From assembly GCA_023444045.1 (NCBI GenBank), contig JAEZRQ010000006.1, positions 177,786 to 241,785 of the forward strand: a DNA stretch of 64,000 bases. Reading direction: 5' to 3'. The notes below the pieces were generated by a model. It was not told the DNA's origin. It made no database searches and saw only the letters and a program-made list of their open reading frames with translations. The stretch is from Candidatus Parcubacteria bacterium. Lineage in GTDB: Bacteria > Patescibacteriota > Patescibacteriia > Patescibacteriales > UBA12465. Shown here piece by piece: positions 53,950 through 63,103 of the stretch (positions are counted from its first letter, which is position 1; the number at the start of each line of letters is the position of its first letter). Position numbers and translations under genes: made by a program.

Positions 53950-55164
53950 ATGGTTATTGGAATAGACGCCTCAAGAGCTAATAGAAAAAATAAAACCGGT
54001 ACGGAGTGGTATTCTTTTTATTTAATTAAAAACTTAGCTTTAATTGATAAAAACAATACTTATATTTTATATTTAGATAGGGAACCTGGTGAAGAGATTT
54101 TTGAAGTTATTAAAGATAGCAAAAACTTTAAAATCAAAGTTTTAAATTGGCCCTTCACTTCATTTTGGACTTTAGGCCGCCTTTCTTTGGAAATGATCTT
54201 CCACTCACCAGATGTTCTTTTTGTCCCAGCTCATGGAATACCACTTATTCATCCTAAGAGAACAATCAACACAATCCATGATATTGCTTTTTTAAGAGAG
54301 CTTAGTGTTTATCGTCAAGAGGCTCCGAGAGCCAGCACTAAATCTCGTCGTCGCCTGATAAGGTTCGTTATTCGCCTTCTTACTTTAGGGAAACATGATG
54401 GCAACTCTTTAGATTATTTAAATTGGTCTACTAAATTTGCCCTGAAGCACGCTTCAAATATTATCACGGTATCTAATTTTACCAAGTCAGAAATTATAGA
54501 AAATTTTCCTAAAGTAAAAGCCGAAAAAATAAAAGTGGTCCACAATGGCTTTCCAGCTGATATTTTTAATGAAGAAAAAGATACGGCAAAGATTGCTGAG
54601 GTAATGCGTAAATATGATATTAAACAACCCTATTATCTATATGTTGGTCGTTTAGAGAAAAAGAAAAACACCTCATCTCTAGTTGAGGCTTTAGCAATTA
54701 TTCGTAGTGATTACCCAGAGATAAAGGAAAGGTTACTTTTAATTGGTAATGCTGGTTTTGGTTATGATGAAGTAAAATACGCGATTGAAGAATTTAATTT
54801 AAATAATGATGTTATAATGCCGGGTTGGGTAGAAGAGCAGGATATGCCCAGTATTTTTAAAGGAGCGTCTGCTTTTATTTTTCCCACTAAACATGAAGGT
54901 TTTGGTATTCCGGTGTTGCAATCTTTAGCTTGTGGTGTTACTACGGCCGTTTCTGATATTCCAGTACTTCATGAAGTTGCTAGCGAGGCTGTCTTGTATT
55001 TTAATCAAAATGATCGTCATGATATTGCTAGAGCAATGGCCGAGTCAGTTTTAAATAAAGAGTTGAAAGAAAAACTCCTTATTTTAGGCAGAGAACAAGC
55101 CAAAAAATTCAATTGGTTAAGTTGTGCTCAGGAGACTCTAGCGGTATTAGAAAATCGCTTTTAA
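53950..55164 (+). CDS. Glycosyltransferase family 4
   Basis: C-terminal FIFPTKHEGFGIPVLQSLACGVT (E-x7-E region). Confidence 0.8.
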   Translation: MVIGIDASRANRKNKTGTEWYSFYLIKNLALIDKNNTYILYLDREPGEEIFEVIKDSKNFKIKVLNWPFTSFWTLGRLSLEMIFHSPDVLFVPAHGIPLIHPKRTINTIHDIAFLRELSVYRQEAPRASTKSRRRLIRFVIRLLTLGKHDGNSLDYLNWSTKFALKHASNIITVSNFTKSEIIENFPKVKAEKIKVVHNGFPADIFNEEKDTAKIAEVMRKYDIKQPYYLYVGRLEKKKNTSSLVEALAIIRSDYPEIKERLLLIGNAGFGYDEVKYAIEEFNLNNDVIMPGWVEEQDMPSIFKGASAFIFPTKHEGFGIPVLQSLACGVTTAVSDIPVLHEVASEAVLYFNQNDRHDIARAMAESVLNKELKEKLLILGREQAKKFNWLSCAQETLAVLENRF

Positions 55165-55185
55165 ATATGTTATGATTAAGGTGTT

Positions 55186-57216
55186 ATGAAAAAAACTATA
55201 ACATCTTTTTTTATCGGCCTTTTGTTGTTGCTACCACTCTTTTCTTTACAGGCCGGTGTGACTCCAAATGATCCATATTACTCCAGACAATGGTATCTCC
55301 CTCGGGTGGAAGCTGATTTAGCTTGGACAAAAATCAGAGAAACACCTGATATTGTTGTGGCTGTTATTGATTCTGGGGTAGATATTAATAATCCAGATTT
55401 AAAAAATAATATTTGGGTTAACCAAAGAGAAATAGCCGACAACGGGATTGATGATGATAATAATGGTTTTATTGATGATATAAATGGTTGGGACTTTATT
55501 AATAATGAGCCGGATCCAAGACCAAAATTTGATAGCGGCTGGACTGAGGCGGGGGTTTCGCATGGCACTATGGTGGCGGGAATCATTGGCGCTGAAGGTA
55601 ATAATTCTAAAGGAATAACCGGAATTACCTGGAAAACAAATATCATGCCCTTGCGCGTTTTAAATGATAAAGGTGAGGGTAAAATTTCTTCGGTTGTTAG
55701 AGCAATTGATTACGCCGTTTTAAATGGAGCTAACGTGATTAATCTTAGTTTTGTAACTTATTCTTATAGCGATTCTCTTAAAGAAGCTATCAGTAGGGCC
55801 TACAGAGCGGGGGTTATTATTGTGGCCGCTGCGGGCAATGATCAAGTTAATGTTGAGGGGAGAAATACTGGTAAATCTCCAATTTATCCCGCCTGTATGG
55901 ATGGCGATAATGGTGAAAATATGGTTATTGGTGTGGCAGCCACCGATGCTTTAGACCAAAAAACCAACTTTTCTAGCTATGGTTTTAGTTGTATTGATGT
56001 AACTGCTCCTGGTATTAGTTTTTTTAGTACTATTACTAGCGGTGGCAACCCAGAAGCAAGCGATAAAAATTATGATGGTTATTGGTCTGGAACCAGTATG
56101 GCTGCTCCAGTAGTTTCTGGTATTGCTGCTTTAGTAGCCCAGGTTAATCCTAATTTAAAAAGAGATGATATTGTCAACCTGGTTCTAGGATCTTCTAACA
56201 ATATTAGCCTACTTAACCCTAACTATCTTGGACAGTTAGGCTATGGGCGCGTAAATGCTAATCGAGCGGTTAATATGGCTCGTGATAAAATGTATGACCA
56301 TGTTAATCGTATTCTAATATCTCCTAACAATGATTTTCATAGTTTACGTATCACTAGCATTAGCGGGGCCGTTATTAATGAATTTAAAATTACTGATTTT
56401 AAAGCTGGTTTTAATGCGACATCTGGCGATATTAATGGTGACGGTGAGGAGGAAATTATTCTGGCAGCTGAAAAAGGTGGCGAACCTTGGGTTAGAATTT
56501 ATAATAAAAAAGGAGAACTTTTAAGAGAGTTTTTAGCTTATACTAAGAATTTTACAGGCGGTGTTAAGATTGCTGTTGGTGATTTTACCGGTAATGGTAT
56601 TGATGATATTATTACAGCCCCCGGAATTGGCGGCGGCCCTCATGTGAGAATTTTTACCGGTGATGGCCGTTTGCTACGTCAGTTTTTTGCCGATGACGCT
56701 AAAAGTCGCGGTGGCATAAATGTTGCCATCGGCGATGTTGATAGTAATGGTCGTAATGAACTAATTATTGGTGCTGGTGCTGGTCGCCCACCTTTTGTTA
56801 AAATTTACAATAACCAGATAAGATTACAGGGAGCTTTTATGGTTTTTGAGAATAGTTATACTGGCGGAGTAAATATTGCTGTGGGCGGTCTATATGGTAG
56901 GCAAGATAATCATAAAGAAAGTATTGTAGTCTCTCCTGCGGGGAAACATCAACCACTAGTAAAAATTTATAATAATTTAGGGATTCTAAAAAATGAATTT
57001 TTAGCTTATGGTAAAAATTGGCAAGGAGGAATTAATCTAACGGTTGCTGATATTAGTAATGATGGACTAGCTGAAATAATAACGGGTGCTAAAAGCGGCG
57101 CCACGCCGCACGTTAGAGTTTTTGATCGGAGTGGTGGCCTGATCGATTCTTTTTATGCCTATGAGGAATCTTTTAGTGGTGGTGTTGGTGTGGGGGTCTT
57201 AAAATTTAATAATTAA
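55186..57216 (+). CDS. Secreted subtilisin-like serine protease (S8) fused to FG-GAP/VCBS-type repeats
   Basis: Signal peptide, the catalytic triad (VAVIDSGVD, SHGTMVAG, GTSMAAP) and a C-terminal half with repeated GD-x-[NDT]-G-D/N motifs (GDINGDGEEEIILA, GDFTGNGIDDIITA, GDVDSNGRNELIIG, ADISNDGLAEIITG). Confidence 0.9.
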   Translation: MKKTITSFFIGLLLLLPLFSLQAGVTPNDPYYSRQWYLPRVEADLAWTKIRETPDIVVAVIDSGVDINNPDLKNNIWVNQREIADNGIDDDNNGFIDDINGWDFINNEPDPRPKFDSGWTEAGVSHGTMVAGIIGAEGNNSKGITGITWKTNIMPLRVLNDKGEGKISSVVRAIDYAVLNGANVINLSFVTYSYSDSLKEAISRAYRAGVIIVAAAGNDQVNVEGRNTGKSPIYPACMDGDNGENMVIGVAATDALDQKTNFSSYGFSCIDVTAPGISFFSTITSGGNPEASDKNYDGYWSGTSMAAPVVSGIAALVAQVNPNLKRDDIVNLVLGSSNNISLLNPNYLGQLGYGRVNANRAVNMARDKMYDHVNRILISPNNDFHSLRITSISGAVINEFKITDFKAGFNATSGDINGDGEEEIILAAEKGGEPWVRIYNKKGELLREFLAYTKNFTGGVKIAVGDFTGNGIDDIITAPGIGGGPHVRIFTGDGRLLRQFFADDAKSRGGINVAIGDVDSNGRNELIIGAGAGRPPFVKIYNNQIRLQGAFMVFENSYTGGVNIAVGGLYGRQDNHKESIVVSPAGKHQPLVKIYNNLGILKNEFLAYGKNWQGGINLTVADISNDGLAEIITGAKSGATPHVRVFDRSGGLIDSFYAYEESFSGGVGVGVLKFNN

Positions 57217-57220
57217 TTAT

Positions 57221-58243
57221 ATGGCTAAAAAAGTAATTTTTGATAAAAAGAATGTACTTGTTGCAGGTGGCGCCGGATTCATCGGTTCGCATCTTTGCGA
57301 TGAGTTAGTTAAAACTTGCAAGGTTATCTGTGTTGATGATTTTGTCAGCGGTTCAGAAAAAAACATTGATCATTTATTATCAAATCCAGATTTTTCTTTT
57401 ATTAATCATGATTTATCCCAACCCTTAAATTTGGATGATATCGCCAGTCTAGAAAAATTTAAAGTTAGATTTCAAGGAATTCAAGAAATTTATAACTTAG
57501 CTTGTCCAATGTCTCCACGTCACTTTGATGAAAACAAGTTAAAAACTCTGGAGGCCAATTCTTTAGTGATAAAAAACCTTCTTGATTTAGCGGTAAAAAA
57601 TGAGGCTAAATTTTTGCACTTTTCTTCTTCAGTTGTTTATGGTAATCGTGACAATAATAATAAAGATCACAAAGTAAGAGAGGATGAGCTCGGTTTAGTT
57701 AATAATCTGTCTCCTCGGGCTTGTTATGATGAGGGGAAGCGTTTTGCGGAAACAATGACGGCCTGTTATCGGGATATCTATAATATCGATGCTAAGATAA
57801 TTCGTTTTTTTAGAATCTATGGCCCTAGAATGAGTTTAGATGATGATCAAGTAATTCCGGATTTGATTGATTGCGCTTTGGAGAATAAAGATTTGGTTAT
57901 TTTTGGTGATAGTAGTTTTTCTTCTTCTTTCTGCTATGTTGAAGACGCAATTGACGGAGCTATAAAGATGATGAATTCTGATTTAAGTGGACCAATAAAT
58001 ATTGGTTCTGACGTGGATGTTAATTTGACAGATTTAGCACAAATGATTATCAGTGAAACGGAATCAAGCTCAAAGATAGTTTATTCAGAGCGAAAATTAT
58101 TTATGACGGAGTTATTACTGCCAGATATCTACAAAGCTAAAAATGAATTAGCTTGGATGCCAGTAGTTACTTTGGAAAATGGTATTAAAAAAACGATTTT
58201 TGCCTTACAGGCTGATCATCGTCTTCACGGCTTCAATCTTTAA
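57221..58243 (+). CDS. NAD-dependent sugar epimerase/dehydratase, UDP-glucuronate decarboxylase-like
   Basis: VAGGAGFIGSHLCDEL and YDEGKRFAETM (YxxxK). Confidence 0.8.
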   Translation: MAKKVIFDKKNVLVAGGAGFIGSHLCDELVKTCKVICVDDFVSGSEKNIDHLLSNPDFSFINHDLSQPLNLDDIASLEKFKVRFQGIQEIYNLACPMSPRHFDENKLKTLEANSLVIKNLLDLAVKNEAKFLHFSSSVVYGNRDNNNKDHKVREDELGLVNNLSPRACYDEGKRFAETMTACYRDIYNIDAKIIRFFRIYGPRMSLDDDQVIPDLIDCALENKDLVIFGDSSFSSSFCYVEDAIDGAIKMMNSDLSGPINIGSDVDVNLTDLAQMIISETESSSKIVYSERKLFMTELLLPDIYKAKNELAWMPVVTLENGIKKTIFALQADHRLHGFNL

Positions 58244-58258
58244 TTAAATATGTTAATT

Positions 58259-58284
58259 AAAATCTCGGTTTAAACCGAGATTTT
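58259..58284. terminator. Perfect palindromic bidirectional terminator between convergent genes
   Basis: AAAATCTCGGTTT/AAACCGAGATTTT, a 13-bp perfect inverted repeat. It overlaps the last codons of the minus-strand GT4 gene. Confidence 0.75.
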
Positions 58285-59376
58285 TAATTGGGAGAGAATT
58301 CTTTTACCGTAGCTATCTTCTTTTTGAAATAGTTTTAAGGTTATTTTTTCAGATAGTGATTTACTAATAGCTTCAACTAAACTATCTAGGTTGTCTGGTT
58401 CAAAAAGGATGCCGCCAAAGCGATTAACTAGCTCAGGAATGCCACCTAAGTTAGCAGCAATTACTGGTATCCCTAGAGCAGCCGCTTCGTAAATAACAGT
58501 CGGTGAATTCTCGTAACAACGAGAAGGAACAATTAGCGCTAAACTCCTGCTTAAAAAATCATTTATTTCAGTGCTAGTTTTTTGCCCCACAAATGTAAGA
58601 TTTGTAGTGTCTTCTACTTGCTCTTTTAGCGGCCCATTGCCGATAGCCACAAATTGATAATTCTTAAAATGATTAGCCGCCTCAATAAAAAGATCAACCC
58701 CTTTGTGCTGCTCCAATTGCCCGATGAATAGAAAAATATTTTTCTCATTAATTATTATATTTTTATCTAGTGGTCTGAAGGGGTTATTAATAACTGCCGT
58801 TAGATGTTTTAGAAATAGCCCTTGGTTTTGGTGTGCCTTAAGTAGCCATGCCGAAGGAGAAATAATCACCGCCTCTTTATTTAAATTAGTAATCGTCTTA
58901 GTTATTAGCTGGTAACATTTAGCGTAAAGAGAATTAATAATCTTTTCCTTACCAAAATACATTAAACCGGAGGGGTGAAGTAACTGAATATCGTGAATAA
59001 TGTGTAAATGTTTAGATTTACCGCTTACTAAAAAAGTTAATACTCCCAGGCCCATTAAATTGTTAGTAATTATTATGTCGGGTTTTTCTAATTTTAATAT
59101 TCTTTTAACTTCAAAATATTTTTTTAAGTTAAATAAGTTACCAATTTGCCAAAATAATCTAAAAAATAAAGAATAATTTTCTAAATTACGATAATTTGAC
59201 CTTAGGTAATAAACGCCAGGGTTTTCTAGATGATTTGGTTTATTATCTGGTTTGGTGGTGATGATGATAGTTTGATGCCCTAATTCTTCAAAATCAGACT
59301 TTAAAATTTCTACGATTCTTTCAGCTCCTCCTTTTTGATATGGTTTATATAAATTGTTTAAAATAGCAATTTTCAT
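58270..59376 (-). CDS. Glycosyltransferase family 4
   Basis: VPSRCYENSPTVIYEAAALGIPVIA. Confidence 0.8.
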   Translation of the reverse strand: MKIAILNNLYKPYQKGGAERIVEILKSDFEELGHQTIIITTKPDNKPNHLENPGVYYLRSNYRNLENYSLFFRLFWQIGNLFNLKKYFEVKRILKLEKPDIIITNNLMGLGVLTFLVSGKSKHLHIIHDIQLLHPSGLMYFGKEKIINSLYAKCYQLITKTITNLNKEAVIISPSAWLLKAHQNQGLFLKHLTAVINNPFRPLDKNIIINEKNIFLFIGQLEQHKGVDLFIEAANHFKNYQFVAIGNGPLKEQVEDTTNLTFVGQKTSTEINDFLSRSLALIVPSRCYENSPTVIYEAAALGIPVIAANLGGIPELVNRFGGILFEPDNLDSLVEAISKSLSEKITLKLFQKEDSYGKRILSQLKISV

Positions 59377-60533
59377 AAAAAAGCCTCCTTAAATCTTTGG
59401 GCAATTCTTTCCCAAGAGTATTTTTCTATCGCATAAGAACGGGCACTTCTAGCCATCGCTATTCTTTTTGGTTCATTGCTAATTAATTCTGCTAACTTTT
59501 CAGCTAAATCTCTAGCATCACCGCTTTTTACCGTTAGTCCATCAAGACTATCTCTAAAAACTTTTCTTACCCCTGGCAGGTCAGAGGCAATAACAGGTAC
59601 TCCGCAAGCCATCGCCTCAATTAACACTAAACCAAAAGCCTCGTGGCCATTAATTGATGGGAGGATAAAAATATCAGAATCTTGATAGGTCTTAATTAGA
59701 GTTATTTCATCAACTCGTCCGAGAAATTTAATTTTCTTTTCTAAACCCAAGTTTGCCGCTCTTAGCTTGTAATCATTTTCCAAATTTCCACTACCAATAA
59801 TATTTAGGCGCCAATATTTATATTTTAATTTAACCAAAGCGTCAAATAAAATAAATAAACCTTTAAAATAATGGGCGCTATCTAAACCGCCGACAAATAA
59901 TAAATTAACCCGTCCCTTTTTGATAAAATTACGGGTCACGAAGCTAATGATTTTTTTTGTTTTAGCAATTAGCCCGTTGTCACTAGCTGGAGTTTTAGGG
60001 GCGTAAAAGTTCGTATCAATTCCAAAAGGAATTTCACAAAACTTATCAGGATTATTTTTTAGCAGTTCAGCTATCTGACTTTTTTCCAGATAATCTAAAC
60101 TGCCGCTAATTATTTTGTGGGCCTTATTAAATAATGATTTTCTAACTATTTGGCTGGGGATGGCAAGTAACTTCAGAAACCATGGTAAATCACTTGTATC
60201 CATGTGATAATGAATCACCAGCTTTTTTTTGTTGAATAATAAAAAAAGCCAAACTAGTTCAGTGGCACCAAAAAAGGGATAATGTAAGTAAATAGTATCA
60301 AACTTTCTTAGGGAAAACAGAAGGGAAAAAGGGAGCCCGCCATGGCCATAACGAAAAAGAGGTTTTAAATATTTAACCCCATCTTCTTGATTGGTAGCAG
60401 TTAGGTTTTTAGTAGTTAAAGTGAAGGTCACAATTTCGTGTTCACTTTTTAAAATATCTCCAAAACGTTTAGCACTTTGCCCTATGCCCCCAGCGTAAGG
60501 AGGGAAGGAGCAAACTATTTGGGCAATTCTCAT
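59373..60533 (-). CDS. Glycosyltransferase family 4
   Basis: LPSINGHEAFGLVLIEAMACGVPVIA. It overlaps the downstream gene by 4 bp. Confidence 0.8.
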   Translation of the reverse strand: MRIAQIVCSFPPYAGGIGQSAKRFGDILKSEHEIVTFTLTTKNLTATNQEDGVKYLKPLFRYGHGGLPFSLLFSLRKFDTIYLHYPFFGATELVWLFLLFNKKKLVIHYHMDTSDLPWFLKLLAIPSQIVRKSLFNKAHKIISGSLDYLEKSQIAELLKNNPDKFCEIPFGIDTNFYAPKTPASDNGLIAKTKKIISFVTRNFIKKGRVNLLFVGGLDSAHYFKGLFILFDALVKLKYKYWRLNIIGSGNLENDYKLRAANLGLEKKIKFLGRVDEITLIKTYQDSDIFILPSINGHEAFGLVLIEAMACGVPVIASDLPGVRKVFRDSLDGLTVKSGDARDLAEKLAELISNEPKRIAMARSARSYAIEKYSWERIAQRFKEAFL

Positions 60534-60537
60534 AAAA

Positions 60538-60873
60538 CTAGTCTTTTTTTCTCATTAAAGTTAACTCTCTGTTTAATTCGGTTAGATCTCTATCTAATTT
60601 AGCCAGATGAAGTCTCAACTTAAATATAAAATAGAACAATACTAAAGTCGCAGCGTAGAATAATAGATTAATACCACTAGCAGAGAACCCTAAATTGGCG
60701 GCAAGTATATCTAGTTTTTTTAAAAATAAAATTGCTAAACCTGATCCAAGCCAAAAAATTAACCAGAGGATAAATTCATTACCACTGACTTGTTTTTTCT
60801 TTTTTTGAGAGAAGAGTCGGTAGATTAAAAAGGCAATTATAATTAAGGCAATAAATTGTTGTAAGCTAATCAT
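60538..60873 (-). CDS. Small membrane protein (DUF2304-like GT2 partner)
   Basis: Three TM helices and a C-terminal charged helix. It sits immediately downstream of a GT2, the usual genomic pairing. Confidence 0.6.
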   Translation of the reverse strand: MISLQQFIALIIIAFLIYRLFSQKKKKQVSGNEFILWLIFWLGSGLAILFLKKLDILAANLGFSASGINLLFYAATLVLFYFIFKLRLHLAKLDRDLTELNRELTLMRKKD

Positions 60874-60874
60874 A

Positions 60875-61531
60875 TTATTTTATAAAATTATGAATCAATA
60901 AATCTTTTATTATTTTAAAACCCCCACCGAAACTTTGTCCAAACTCATGGTAGGTAACCGTAATTGGTACCTCCAACACTCTAGCCCCTGTTTTAAAAGT
61001 TTTGTGCAGTATTTCACTACAATGTGCCATACCCCTATTTTCAATTTTTATTTGAGATAAGGTTTGATGATTAAGAGCTCTAAACCCACTTTGAGGATCA
61101 CTCATCTTAATTCCAAACATCCGGTTGATTAATCTGGCTAGTGGCATGATGATATATCTTTTAGTAAAAGGGAAATTAGCGCTACCTAAAAAACGAGAAC
61201 CAAAAACCGCATCAGCCCGGCCTTCAACTATTGGTCGCAGTATATCTTTTATTTCCTCAGCTTTAAATTGATCATCACCATCAAAATGGACAACTATATC
61301 AGCTCCATTTTTTAAAGCATAGTCATTACCTGTTTGCAGGGCTGCCCCTTGTCCACGATTGATTAAATGTTTTAAAGAAATAGCGTGATAATTTTTAATT
61401 AGCTCATAAGTATTATCAGTTGAACAATCATCAACCACAATAACTTCATCAACTAGTGGTTTGACTTTGTCTATTACTTTTAAAATATTTTTGCTTTCAT
61501 TGTAAGCAGGGATAACGCAAGTAATTTTCAT
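60875..61531 (-). CDS. Glycosyltransferase family 2 (polyprenol-phosphate glycosyltransferase-like)
   Basis: ITCVIPAYNES ... VIVVDDCSTDNT ... HFDGDDQ. Confidence 0.85.
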   Translation of the reverse strand: MKITCVIPAYNESKNILKVIDKVKPLVDEVIVVDDCSTDNTYELIKNYHAISLKHLINRGQGAALQTGNDYALKNGADIVVHFDGDDQFKAEEIKDILRPIVEGRADAVFGSRFLGSANFPFTKRYIIMPLARLINRMFGIKMSDPQSGFRALNHQTLSQIKIENRGMAHCSEILHKTFKTGARVLEVPITVTYHEFGQSFGGGFKIIKDLLIHNFIK

Positions 61532-61539
61532 AAGCAGTC

Positions 61540-62613
61540 CTATTTTTCCTTATTAAGTATTTTGCTAACCGATATTAAACCATCAGCCGCTTTTTGTAAA
61601 ACATCGGAAGCAATTAAAGAGAGAAAATTAACCTGTTTATGGTCTAACCTAATTAAATTGTAAGCAGCGATTTGTCCTTTTGTTCCAGAGTAAGAACAAA
61701 AATTACATCCCTTGCTAGAATAAAAATATCTAGGTTTATATTTTTTATCTGTTGGCCAGTATTTCTCTATAACTTCACTAGCTTCATCTATTAAATATTT
61801 TTTTAGACAATGTGGGCAATTACGGTTGATTAACTTTTGGTAAATCATTAAAACTGGAAAATTTTTATCTTTAATAAGTTTTTTTATTTTTTCCACCAAA
61901 TCAGTAGCGCTTAAATCTTTAATACCAATGAGCATTAGACGTCCACTCTGGGCGCCCATTAAACTCTCTTCAAGGAGTTTATCACTGGCATCATCAATCA
62001 TTATCACCTGACTATCACTTTTCAAGATACTGTCTAAGGCCGCTAACCTTTTTTGATCATCGCCATAAAAAGTATTAACTTCATCTAACTCTAATTCCTG
62101 ATAGCTTTCCAGAGAGTAACAAATCCTCTTTTCCCGATTAATTGAATTAAGCAGGGCATAGAGAGTGGTCGTTTTTCCTTGATTATCACCGGAGGCCACA
62201 ACAACCAGTCCTTGCTGTTGTTTTAAGAAGTTAGCAACTTCTTTCTTCTCATTATGGCCTAATCCTAATTGGGATAAAGAGAATAATTTTCTGCTCTTAG
62301 AAACAGTATTAATGATGATTTTCTCACCATCACCATCGGGAATAATTGATAGGTGATAAGCGGCATCGTCATTTTTAAAATAGGCCCCGCTAATTAAGTT
62401 ATTAGGGGCAATTTTAAGTAAGTGCCGATAAGAGGATTCAAGTTCATGAGCTAGTTTAGGTGGTAGTTTTAGCTGATGAGTTAGGTGGTTGCCTTCACCC
62501 CACAAAAAATGGGCCCCATTTTTTTGGGTGATGGTAAAATCAAAGATATCATTATCTTTAGCGTAGTGTAAAATTTTCTTAATAATTTTAGAATCCATAA
62601 TCTTATTATACAT
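61540..62613 (-). CDS. Short, divergent GspE/PilB-family secretion-ATPase-like protein
   Basis: Walker A GDNQGKTTT, Walker B VIMIDDASD and the tetracysteine motif CPHC ... CNFC typical of GspE/PilB. The His-box region (SGRLMLIGIKD) contains no His. Confidence 0.65.
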   Translation of the reverse strand: MYNKIMDSKIIKKILHYAKDNDIFDFTITQKNGAHFLWGEGNHLTHQLKLPPKLAHELESSYRHLLKIAPNNLISGAYFKNDDAAYHLSIIPDGDGEKIIINTVSKSRKLFSLSQLGLGHNEKKEVANFLKQQQGLVVVASGDNQGKTTTLYALLNSINREKRICYSLESYQELELDEVNTFYGDDQKRLAALDSILKSDSQVIMIDDASDKLLEESLMGAQSGRLMLIGIKDLSATDLVEKIKKLIKDKNFPVLMIYQKLINRNCPHCLKKYLIDEASEVIEKYWPTDKKYKPRYFYSSKGCNFCSYSGTKGQIAAYNLIRLDHKQVNFLSLIASDVLQKAADGLISVSKILNKEK

Positions 62614-62685
62614 TATTTATATTATTTTTAAAATGTGTTAAACTGGTAAAGCAAGGGGCGATTTTGCCCATTTTTGGCTATTTTT

Positions 62686-63099
62686 ATGTTATATTCTAAA
62701 ATTTACGAACGTCTTTATTCCCTAAAAGGTAAAACCGCCAAAACGACCGGGGAATTTTTTAGTTTCTGGCCTAATCGTCTGTATTTAGGAATGATTGTTT
62801 TAATTCAAGCCGCCTCTTGGTGGTTATCTTACTCTATTTTCAAAAATACTAGCGATAATCTTTTGGTGTTGCACTATAATGTTAATTTTGGAATTAACTG
62901 GATTGGTGACGGAAACTTAATTTTCTATTTTCCTTTTTTGTCTCTTGTTTTCTTGCTTCTAGCTTTGCTAGTAATTTTTATTTTTGGGGTTGGCCGTCAT
63001 TTTAGAATAAGCTGCCATTATTTAATGGGTGGCACTTTAATATCGAATCTTGGTGTTTTTTTGGCGATTCTTTTGATTTATATAATTAACTTTAAATAG
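62686..63099 (+). CDS. Small integral membrane protein (137 aa)
   Basis: ATG at 62686 and about 4 TM helices. Confidence 0.55.
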   Translation: MLYSKIYERLYSLKGKTAKTTGEFFSFWPNRLYLGMIVLIQAASWWLSYSIFKNTSDNLLVLHYNVNFGINWIGDGNLIFYFPFLSLVFLLLALLVIFIFGVGRHFRISCHYLMGGTLISNLGVFLAILLIYIINFK

Positions 63100-63103
63100 G
63101 GTT

